Shown in pieces: positions 1 through 10,580 of a stretch of DNA of 64,000 nt. Each line of letters begins with the position of its first letter. The stretch's first letter is position 1. The translations under genes and the position numbers were made by a program. The stretch lies in the NCBI RefSeq assembly GCF_018350175.1, contig NC_058368.1:203548001-203612000 (forward strand), given 5' to 3'. Origin of the DNA: Felis catus. Its lineage: Eukaryota. Below the pieces are notes generated by a model that made no database searches, was not told the origin of the DNA, and saw nothing but the letters and a program-made list of their open reading frames with translations.

Positions 1-1040
1 TTCCTGTCATCACGCTGTACAGAAGAACGGCGAGAGGACTCTAGAACTTTTAAACACTGCACCTGCTGCAACCAGATTTTAATATGGAAGTTTGACGATG
101 TGTTTCCCCCCCCATTTCAAACAGAATAAAAACACAAAACTTCTCACAAAGATCTGAATAGCTCTCTCTGCTGGAGCAGAAAGTTGGAGTGTCTATTGTG
201 AGCTTTAAAAAAAATTAAAAGGATCTCAAGCTGGCATCAATAGGGTTGATGCCCAGTGTAGAGAAACCTCAAAATAATAACTTCCTGTACTTTGTAACTT
301 TTCACAGCAGAATCTTTACTGTATGGTTTCATCAAACATATTTTTAAAAACAACATGTAGTTTTAATTAGTTGTCAATTCAAACATTTGGATTCTGCTGA
401 ACAATTGGACTGAAACTCAAGTCCCTTAGAAACACTACACTCTTTCAGGCATTTGTTAGCTCAGGTATAAAACTGTGAGCTAGAAAATTAAAATTAGCAC
501 AGTGATTTCATTTTTAAACACCCATGCTTTAGTGAAAGAACAAAACTTTAAGCATACACGTGACATATGCTCTTTATTTGTTTAACTTTCCAATTAATAG
601 CCACAGAAATTAGAACTGATTATATTAAATTAAAAACCCTACTGTGGTGTTCACATTGTCAAAATCTTTTCAGTAAGCATTGCAATTGGTTACAAACAAT
701 GCAATTAAAACTCTGATTCTAGCATTACAGGGTTCTATTTCAAAGACCCTGAATGCATAGGAAAATGTAAGCGCATGCATATAAAGTCATTTTTTCAGGT
801 CACTAAACAACATAATTGGGCAATCATTCCTAATGCCCATCTCTAAAGCTAGATTTTTTATTTCTTCGAATTTTGTTCGGTTCACAATGAAGACTAAGGT
901 CAAACGCACACTATAGGGATTCTGGCTTGTAGTATATACACAAGCACTTCTGATTAGTTCTCTCCAGATTACAGTTGCAGAGGTCAAACTCCCAAGTTCA
1001 CCTTGAAGCGATTCTCCATCTTAGAACAGCAGTCTAAAGA

Positions 1041-1120
1041 TTAAGCTGAACCATATGAAATTGCCACTTGGGAAGGTCAAGAAGTAGAAAATAGTGGCCA
1101 TTTCATATGCTTCCACATAA
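1041..1120. mobile_element. MADE2-like mariner-derived MITE (~80 bp palindrome)
   Basis: Inverted arms CATATGAAATTGCCAC (1052-1067) and GTGGCCATTTCATATG (1094-1109), 1 mismatch. Resembles the recalled MADE2 terminus TTAGGTTGAACCATATGAAATTGCC. Confidence 0.75.
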
Positions 1121-2816
1121 GGCTAATGTCCAGCTGCCTTACAGAAGCTAAATATTTTACATTACATCTTCATTAACTCCCTCCAGTTAAGCCTTCCCTC
1201 GTTCACCGAAATTCTAGTAGTGAGCCTCTAGGAGCTCTCTCTTACTCGTGTTGGAACCAATTCTGCTAGTAGTGTCCTCTCGCGCCTCTTAATTCTTGGC
1301 AAGGCTTCCTAGCCAGGGATTTGGTTCTGTCTACACCTGTGTTGTGGGCACTGCTAGCAGTAAGGGTGTTCCGAGGTGGTGAGTATGGAACCGAGAGGGA
1401 GACTGGTAGTTCACTTGCATTGCAAAACAAAACTCTCTTAACATAGAAAGTAAAGATAGAAAAAAGAAAATGCCCCTTTTATGACAGGGTGCAAAGGAAA
1501 TCGCATAGAAAACAGCAGAATTTGGCCAAATCGCATGGTTAAATCTTCGCAATCTCAGTAAAGTGGGTTCGCTTTGAAGTGCACGCGTGGTTCAGTAACC
1601 GACTCATGCTAGCAATTAGAAATCCGTCTTTTCGGTCCCCGATTTCATTTGCGCCAAGAGAGAGGCGACTTTTAAGGGTGACGATAAATCTCCCTGAGCT
1701 TAAAAGGCAGAGAGGGCCAAAGTGTGAACTTTTTACTTCAGCAACGGAAGCGAGAAATCAGTGATTCATTAAAGCAGAGACCTCCTTGGAAGCTGGCAGA
1801 AGAGGAGGAAAAGAAGCTAATTATGGTCTCCCTTCTCTGGGCTCACTCCGACCAGTTTATAATCTGCTGCTTTGGAAGGTTTATCCTCAGCATCTTCTGC
1901 TTTCTCCCCCAGGCCTCCCCTCCTTCTGGGAGCCAGAGGGGGCGGGAGGGGGGAACAGTCAGCCGAGCACCAAGCTCCAGGTGGCTCTCAAGTACTGCAC
2001 GGCCAAAAGAAGTGGGGGGGGGGGGAATCCTACGCTGCAAAACAAGTGAGAAAGGGGCTCCCCAGAGGGGACTGGTTCAGGCTGGAAGACAGCAAACTTC
2101 GAAGAGCCTGAGGCTACAGCTCGCGCCGGCGGCCAGCGCAGCCAGCACACGGACACTTCACAGCAACTCCCCGCAGCTGGAGGCGCGGGCGGAGGCGGCG
2201 GCCGCGGGGCCACAAGGCAGGGACCCGGCAGCCCCCAGCTCCGCGCGGAGGCACCGCGCCCTCGCCTCCTTGCTCCCTTGCTCTCCCCCCCCCTCCCAGC
2301 CCCCTCCCCCTCCCTCTCCTGGCTTTCCCAGCAGCCGAGGGTTTCAGATGTCCCACCGCCGTTTGACCCCCTCCCCGCCCCCCCGCTTCTCCACCCCTGC
2401 AAATGAGGTTTGACCAGCGGAGGCAGAGCCCACCTCGGGCTTGGAATCACTGACATTTGGACTCCTGGCTGCAACCTGTTTACAAGCGGGCTTTCCAGAG
2501 GAAGGGGGTGGGGAGGGAGGGAAGTAGGGCCAAACAAAACACCAACCGCCATCTCCCCCCAAACAAGAAGTGACTTTCTGGAGGCTTCAAATCAACAGGC
2601 ACCACCAAAAAGAGAAAGCAGGAGGGGGGAAGCAAACAACGGCGACCGGCAGCCGTCTCCAGCCCTGACAACTCCGAAGGGACGCGCTTTTCGAAGGCGA
2701 CTAGCAGGCTGGGGCTCTGGGCAGAGGGACCAGAAGGTGCCAACCTCAGAGAGGCGCAGATATCTCCCCCAGCCTCTGTGGGTTTTGTTCACCGTGCTGT
2801 CATCTGTTTTTCAGAC

Positions 2817-2841
2817 TTTTTTTTTTTTTTTTTTTTTTTTT
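2817..2841 (+). repeat. T25 homopolymer in the FGF10 5' region
   Basis: Direct reading. Confidence 0.95.
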
Positions 2842-2850
2842 GCATCTAAC

Positions 2851-2886
2851 ATGGTGAAGAAAGGCGTGAAGAAGAGAACAAAGTAA
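2851..2886 (+). other. Candidate uORF, MVKKGVKKRTK*
   Basis: AAC ATG G (A at -3, G at +4), 11 codons then TAA. Functional only if inside the mRNA leader. Confidence 0.5.
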
Positions 2887-3053
2887 CTCCGGGTGGAGTG
2901 AAGATCGCTGGTGACCACCGCCACCGCCACCACCAGCTCCTGCTACTGCGGCCACCCACATCCACCATTCACCGGGAGACTCGAGAGGCTCACGGCAGCG
3001 GCAGCGGATCCGAGAAAGGAGCCAGGAGAGGCAGCCGGCCCTTCCGAGGAGTT

Positions 3054-3176
3054 ATGGATGTTGGTGTATTCACTTCTGGCCAGATCCGCGCCCAGAGGGA
3101 GCTAACCAGCGGCCTCCACCTCCAGCTGTCTCCTTGCCTCGCACCAGGTCTTACCCTTCCAGTATGTTCCTTCTGA
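3054..3176 (+). other. Candidate uORF, 40 aa (MDVGVFTSGQ...PVCSF*); a second ATG at 3058 opens a 15-aa uORF ending at 3105
   Basis: ATG 3054 to TGA 3174-3176; ATG 3058 to TAA 3103-3105. Confidence 0.5.
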
Positions 3177-3229
3177 TGAGACAATTTCCAGTGCCGAGAG
3201 TTCCAGTACAATGTGGAAATGGATACTGA
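3164..3229 (+). other. Candidate overlapping u[24 protein letters not shown], spanning the FGF10 start codon
   Basis: AGT ATG T at 3164, second in-frame ATG at 3176, stop TGA 3227-3229 downstream of the main ATG at 3211. Confidence 0.55.
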
Positions 3230-3580
3230 CACATTGTGCCTCAGCCTTTCCCCAGCTGCCCGGCTGCTGCTGCTGCTTCTTGTTGCTGTTCTTGGTGTCT
3301 TCAATCCCTGTCACCTGCCAAGCCCTTGGTCAGGACATGGTGTCACCAGAGGCCACCAACTCCTCTTCCTCCTCCTCCTCCTCCTCCTCCTCGTCCTCCT
3401 CGTCCTCCTCCTCCTCGTCCTCCTTTTCCTCTCCTTCCAGTGCGGGGAGGCATGTGCGGAGCTACAATCACCTCCAAGGAGATGTCCGCTGGAGAAAGCT
3501 GTTCTCTTTTACCAAGTACTTTCTCAAGATTGAGAAGAACGGGAAGGTCAGCGGTACCAAGAAGGAGAACTGCCCGTACA
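3211..3580 (+). CDS. FGF10: Fibroblast growth factor 10, coding exon 1 (123 codons + 1 nt; signal peptide, poly-Ser, start of FGF core)
   Basis: Translation [51 protein letters not shown]...[44 protein letters not shown] matches the mammalian FGF10 N-terminus. Canonical donor TACA|GTAAGT at 3580/3581, phase 1. Confidence 0.99.
3361..3423 (+). repeat. FGF10: Coding (TCC/TCG/TCT)21 trinucleotide repeat, poly-Ser 51-71
   Basis: TCC TCT (TCC)8 TCG (TCC)2 TCG (TCC)4 TCG (TCC)2 = 21 Ser codons. Confidence 0.97.
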
Positions 3581-6500
3581 GTAAGTTACAAATGCGCGCT
3601 CCCCTCCTTCCAATTATCCACCCCCCACCCCACAAGGGGGGGAAAATCTGTTCCAGATGTGGCCAGCTAAATATTTACGTCCCCAACCCCTGTAAAATGA
3701 TGAAGTGGAATACTTTCACACTAAATCACCCCCATACATTGTGCCGCCGCACCCCCTACCCTTGGCGCGGCTCCCTCCACACACCCCCCACTCCTTGCCA
3801 CCCTAGCTGCCCTGTCTCCGCTGCTTGTCATTACCTGGACCGCGCTGGGCGCTGGAGAGTAGTGCAGGCGCAGAGATTCATAGATGCCCCCCTCTCCGTC
3901 TCCGTCGCCCTTCCGCACCTCATCCCAAGGCCCCCTCTCCCTCCCTTCTGGAAACGGCTCAAGTAAACACATTTTGTTTCTTTTCGCTGGCAATCTTATT
4001 AAGAGTTTTGGGACAGCTTCCTCAAGCTGAAAATAATTATCCGCTGTCAATTACAGGGGCTTTATGGGAGCCTTATTTAAGAAAGAAAAGTCAATTCCGC
4101 TAGCTCCCCACCCCCAACCCTTTACCCACTACCTATCTAGACAGGAGTGCAAACATTTCTCTGGTTTTGATTCTTTTTTTTTTTTTTCTTTTTCTTTTTG
4201 GCCCCTCATGTTGGTTTGAGTGATTGCAGTCCGTGAAGTTAGCTTTTCAGGCACCAGCGCCGCTATTTGTCTTCTGCCTGCCTTCTCTCTTGGTAACATG
4301 ATGCTCATGTCTGCATTGTCAATGGCATATGCGCTGCTTTGTGGTGTCCTGTTGTACTCATTTCTTCTGAAACCTCTCATATTGCAGAGCCATACTACTA
4401 CAGCATTGTAAACATCTGGGACTGGATTCACACAGACCTCACACAAATTTCATTGTCATTCTTTTATTTTCAAAGTAAAAGTCGTAAGTCTGTTTCCATG
4501 GCTATAGTTTGTCCCACTGGATGAACTTTTCTGCTCTGTATACATAAATTATGACCCCCTCCCCAGCACACCCCACCTCTGCATTTTTTTCCATTTTCCT
4601 TTCTCTCATTCTTTCCTTCTTTACCTCTTGCTCTTCTTTCTTTCTTGCAGGGCTGTGGGCTGGGTAGGGGGAGGGAGAAATGGAGGAGGAGGGGTGGATA
4701 TTGTGTCTCTTCTTGAATCAGTCCAGCAAAGCCAGATTACTCTGTTGGCTTCTTTTCCTAGTTACTTTCAAGTGGTGAGACTTATTCACCCTCTATTGAC
4801 TGCTATTTGAAAGGAGCCCGAGGCTATGTAATGGCACACTGAAGACAGTAGACAATGACATTTACACATCTTTAATGACTATTTAGCATTATCTCAATGG
4901 TTCTTCCAAGTCACCTCTTTAAGGGACCTTAAAGTGTCAGTCATTTGGGAATTTCTTGCCAACTAACTTAAATACATGGGTCATACATTCCAAGACACCT
5001 TGGCCCAGAAAAGTATCTGGTACCAATGGGAAAGACAGTTAATCGGAATTTAGCATTTTCTTTTTAAATAAGGATTTATAAGAATTAAAACTTGGTTTTC
5101 TTCTCTGGAGATCCACATACATTTGACATTAACTACTGCTGCTGCTTCCACTTACTAAAATTAGCAATAAGTTTGTAAGTAATAAAAATACTTGTCAAAG
5201 TATTTTAACGTATCCATCGTACATTTAATACTAGAGCTGTTTCTGTTTCTGATTCATAGAAAGTGGCTGAAATAATGTCATTATGATTTCTTTGGGTTGA
5301 AAGTCATTTGTTGCCTGAATTCAGTAGGTATTATGTATAGACGTTATAATTGTTGGTTAAAAATTTAATACTTTTGTTCACTTCTAAAACAAAATAGTTA
5401 TGGTGTCATCCAGGTAGGAAAATGGGGAAGAACTGAGCCAAACACTTGCTGAAGAGTGAGCTGAGAGTTAAAAAATAAAAAATAAAAAATAAATAATAAT
5501 CCCCATGGGCTGAAAATCTTCAGTGTATTTTTAGTTCATGGAGATAAATATAATAAATTTTCAGTTTTAAGCTCGAGCAAAATTCCTTTTTTTGGACACT
5601 AACTTAATTTTGCTATTGGTATATTTTTAAGTATCTTTATGATTTACTACAAGGACCAATCTATATTAGTTTGTTTATACAACTGAAATGACTATTTTCT
5701 AAAATCATAATCATGTGTGATTATTTAATAAAATGATTGCTAGGGGTATTGAATTGAATTATATTTTTAGAGTAAGAATTATCTGCAAAGAGAAAAGTAT
5801 CTGATTTTTATTGCATAAAAACTAGTATGGAAAGTTTCCATCCCAATTGTCCAAAATAGAATAATATCCCTTCCATATGATAAAGCATACCAATAGTCCT
5901 TATTAAAATATAGTATCTTATGTAATAATGCAATTTTAATCAATGGTTGAAAATGAGAGGGGGTGGGGTTTATTCTGTTAAATAATGTTAAACCATAAAT
6001 AACTCAGCCTTTCCAAGAATATCTGTATCAAGACATAGCAAGTGAAAAGTAAAGGTTGAAAAAGCCTTAATTTCACATATGGCTGGGTAATCAGAACACT
6101 CCTACAATCTCCAGCTGGACTGATTCAGCTGAACTACATGGTATCATTAAGATATTGTCTAAATGTTGCATAATTACATGTGAACAAACTTTTGCCATGC
6201 CTACAGGGTAACCAGCCGGCCAGCCCACCAAATGGTAGCCTGTTAAATATTAGGATTTCTGAAGAGTGTCAGTTCCTTGTCCAAAAACCACTTTTCAGTA
6301 ACATTTTCCTAAACAAGTTATTAATTATTTTCAATACACAAAGCTGTTCTTTTGAGGTTTGCTTATTTGAAGCTTAATTTTCTTTGTTACTTTTGACCCT
6401 AGTATTATTGCTGCTAAAATACAGTAACAGCTTATCTGAGAGGTGACATGTTTGGGATGTCCTGGGTAATTAAACAACTGTTTTACTGGCTTTTTGCCAG

Positions 6501-7192
6501 CAAAATACTAACAAAAGGGAAGTAAGGAAATCACCCATAAGCATTGCAAAATCATTTTTAACTTCTACCTCCAAAGCTGGTTCCCAGGAATTGGATGATT
6601 CTAAAAATATTATATGTGCTTGGGGTGATTACAAACGTTTATGTGTGTGTGTGGAAGGGAGGGTGATTTTTTGTTTGCTTTTTTGTCATGATGTGAAAAC
6701 GGAATAAAGGGAGCAGAGATGAATTATGTTTCTCCTGCTGGAAGTGTAAGAAAGCTTGAATAATTTAGAATAGCTGTGGTGTATCTGTCACTAGATATGC
6801 TTAGGCTCATTTAAGTTTGTTTTATCACTCTTTATATCTAGAGCTTTGCCCTTGAAACATTACCACTCAGCTCTATTTCTGGACTCCTGGAAAGGCTGGA
6901 TACAGCTGTTGGGTACCCTTGCAACTGGGACTGGATGCGAGTGGGCTGTGGGCTTCTCCCATGGTTGTCACTGGTAGAAAAGGGGAGTCTAGTGAAAAGA
7001 AAATGTATCCCTAGACTTGAGACAGCCAAAAATGGATATTCTCAAAATGGAAAGCCACAGTGCTTATGAGTCTTTGCAGGAAAGGCGATTAAGCTACAAT
7101 AGAGAAATCAGGATGTACTGTGTAGTAAGTGCCCTATTTCTTCAAATATATATTTCATTTGACACATAATGGTCCTATAATTTAGATATTAA

Positions 7193-7300
7193 CTATCCAT
7201 ACTTTTTCAAAGATGAAAAATAAGCTGAAAACAGTTCATTACCCAAGGTCATTCAACTGGAAATTGGTAGAGTCAGGATTCAAGCCTACATCTATTTGAT
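7193..7300 (-). mobile_element. MIR fragment
   Basis: ...AAGATGAAAAATAAGCTG...CCCAAGGTCATTCAACTGGAAATTGGTAGAGTCAGGATTCAAGCC, antisense MIR core pattern. Confidence 0.6.
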
Positions 7301-10300
7301 TACGTTATTCCTTTTACCTCCGTTACTGGCAACAATGATACCAATATATCAGAATTAGATATCTCAAAACTCTAAAAAACAAATTATCCGAAATCTTAAT
7401 TGCTGCTTGCTATGAACACCAGTGGTTCTTCAGGTTCACGCTGGAATAGTAGTAAATTGAGAGGGGAAGAGAAGAGAAGTATGTTAAAGGTTATCATTGC
7501 AGGTGGCTATGCAGACATGGTATCAGACAATGTTAGTGCATTCTCTAGGTGAAATACCTCTTCTGATATTTTGTTTGGGAATATATTTGCCTACGGAAAC
7601 GCAAAATACATGTACACGGATCTCACCTTCTTAACAGAGGGCATTAGGAATACATTTAAGAAAATCCATGAATGTCATTGTATATCGTAATTGTTTACAG
7701 CTGAGGGCAAAATGTTTAATTGTTCCCACATGTAATAAAATAATTTGGTTGTAAATACCGGTGTGAAAGTGGGCTGTTGCAGAAACTTCTGATATATGAC
7801 TCTAAAAAGGGCAAAATCTTAGAGACCTAAAGCTATATACATGTTAAGAAGGCTTTAAAATGAGCCTGCAAATCAAAAAGGTACTTCACCACATATAAAT
7901 GACAAATTACTGTCTGGGATTAAAGGTTTGCATTATTACTTTTAAATCAGGACTGGGGCTGATTGTAGGAAGTTACCTAAAGTGAGAAAGGAAGTGTTGA
8001 GGGAAATAGGGACTTGAATATCATCTCCTAATAAGTGATTTTATTTTGGATTTTTGAAAAGAAAACCTATATACAACTTATGGCTTCCACTGGTGTCTTA
8101 TTTAAGTTGTGGTTGTTTCTAGAGTTTGGTTGCATAATTTATAACTGGCAGCATTTAATCATGCACATTGAGGATTTATGAAGGTGGAAGCACTGTATTT
8201 AATGTTTACATGACATTGTCCCGTTACCTTTACCGCATTCCTACCATATGGACCCTCCACTTTGATGGCTTTATCATAAATCCATTAAAAATGCACAATT
8301 ACCCAGTTTCCTCTTCATAAACCTGATTTATAACCTTCTACTAGAAGAAACCCAAGAAAACAGTTGGCAGAAATCACATGCCAACAGTGGAGTATGAGAA
8401 TTCAGAAACACCAATCTCTAGGTAGTCTTGGGTATTTCAGGAATCTATGAGGCAAAGGTATGGACCACTCTTTAAAAACAGGTGCTTTCAAAATGATGTT
8501 GAGGCACAGAATTTAAAATAAAAATTGTCTTATTAAATGAGGGAAACCCCAATGCACGCATATTTTCTTCTATATTTTTACTGCCTGCTTTAGAGCAAAA
8601 AGGCTTATTCGAGTTCTTTTTTTTTTACCGTTTAATGAACTTACAGTGGAACATGAAGGAGCACTTTACACTCCTGTAGTTACCTTCCTGTGCAGAGGCA
8701 AACCCCACTTATTATTCAAACGCCTGACTTTCCACAAGCCAAAATGCTGGAAAAAAGTTGACAGCTCATTTGAAATGGAGCTAATGTTCCTCACATTTAT
8801 GAGCTGCCTGGGAATATCTACATCTTTCCTAAGCCTTAAATGTCTGTATGCTTATCCAAAATTGTAGTACCAATGATATTTCCTTATTATGCTTCAGAAG
8901 GAAGAGTAACACATGTGTATTAGTTCAAAGTGATTTTAATCTATCTTAACATTAATTCTGTGAACTTTGCAACGGGGAGTAATTCAGATGACGTTTTTAG
9001 TATTACTGTTCCAACATTTGTTAGCATTAATAGTTGATATTTGCTTAATGTAAGTAAGTAAAATATTAGTATTTCCCTCCCAGAAATTAAAGTTCTCTTT
9101 TAATTTTCCAGCAAGATGGGACACAAGATTTATGTTTATGTAATTTTTATACAGCTTTATCACAGTTTAGAAAATAATGGACCTCATTTTGTCTCAAGTC
9201 CTCTATACAGAAATATCTTCATTTACATGGTATATTGCAATCACTGAAGATCATTTACACTTACCATTTGACCAATGGTATTTGTTACCTCTTTTTGCAG
9301 ATTAAAAATATTTACTTTTCATAATTGGCACTCTTTTTTTTCACTGCCCGTTAACCTTTGCCTGTGCCAGTCAGTCAGTATAACAAGTAATAACCTAGAC
9401 ACAGGCCTTTAAAATTAGTGAAAGAAAATATACCTGCATCTTGGGAAGCCAGTGATACTCTGATCAAGAGCTAATGAATACAAAATGTTGATGCTTTATA
9501 GAATCAGTTTAAAAGCAAATATTTAATCAGTACAGATTTTACACAAATAGAAAGTTTCAAGATAAACTAAAAGGGAGCCAGGTCATCCACCAATGGCCTT
9601 AAAGGCCATCCAATAATGGCCTTAAAGGCTCCCTTGCCTTTAAATCCGGTCAGTTGTGTTCTTTCTTTGAACACTGTGTTCTAATTGGAACAATAAATCA
9701 AAGAAGACACTCAGAGTAGATTCCCATGTAAGGTGGACAACTGGACAGTGACTTTTTACTGCTGCTAACACGTGCATCCAATTACCATTTGAAAGATTCA
9801 TAGTGCTGGCAGTAAAGCATTGCCTCGTTTTATAGTTCACCTAATAATTCTTCAGCCTAAATCTGTCCACCTTTACCTATATCTAATCTGTCAGTATGTG
9901 TGTTATCATTAATGAGGAATTTTCAAATGTTTGGCATGCTTCCTACAATGGATGGTGACATTGAGAGATTAATGAGCCATTTAATTAACCATAATAGAAG
10001 AGGTAAAGTATTGATTAGGTCAATATATACCCAACTTCGAGTAAACTGTCAACTAAACATAACCTAGTACTTCCACCACAACTATAACTTAATCACGGAT
10101 CATGGATAGTATGGGTTAACAGCAACCCAACTCTATGTGGCAATGGTTAACTGCAAAATTGAGAACTTCTTTAAAAGGCATTTTCCTATAATCATTATTG
10201 TCTTTCAAGGACCTGGTGTTATCATGCTTTACTGATAAACATGTGTGTTAGTTCATCCTTAACCCTTTTCAAGGCATTGCCCCTGTCTGAGGATAACTTG

Positions 10301-10337
10301 ACATGTTAATAGAGTCTTTACAATTCAAGGCTCATCA

Positions 10338-10416
10338 GTTTCTTTTTTTTAATATTAAAAAAAATTTTTAGTGTTTATTTTTGAGAAAGAGAGAGACACA
10401 GTGTGAGCAGGGGAGG

Positions 10417-10454
<38 letters not shown>

Positions 10455-10580
10455 ATCTGAAGCAGGTTCCAGGCTCTGCTAAGAGCACAGAGCCCAATGT
10501 GGGGCTTGAATCCGTGAATTGTAACATCATGACCTGAGCTGAAGTGGGATGCTTAACCAACTGAACCACCCAGGCGCCCC
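10338..10580 (-). mobile_element. Can-SINE (feline type)
   Basis: Ends CCACCCAGGCGCCCC; (GA)n and T-rich tail; TSD AAGGCTCATCA at 10327-10337 and 10581-10591. Confidence 0.95.

Larger units (their letters stand above)
1900..3950. promoter_or_regulatory. FGF10: CpG-island-like promoter / 5' leader / exon 1 region of FGF10 (boundaries approximate, TSS not determinable)
   Basis: GC- and CpG-dense blocks (2120-2270, 2640-2700, 2920-3120, 3745-3915) in an AT-rich, CpG-poor window. Contains GC boxes and surrounds the FGF10 ATG. Confidence 0.8.

Noticed and set aside
1724..2886. Long ORFs on both strands in the promoter (229, 197, 158 aa)
   Set aside because: Mostly non-ATG starts, Pro/Gly/Arg/Ala-rich low complexity; expected from stop-codon scarcity in a CpG island.
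3236..3670. Poly-Pro third-frame ORF over exon 1
   Set aside because: GTG start, crosses the splice donor, and is simply the TCC repeat read as CCT.
3581..3966. 251-aa ORF 3211-3966 as a full-length protein
   Set aside because: FGF10 similarity ends at the GTAAGT donor (3581). The rest is read-through into GC-rich intron with no recognisable domain and no nearby canonical AATAAA.
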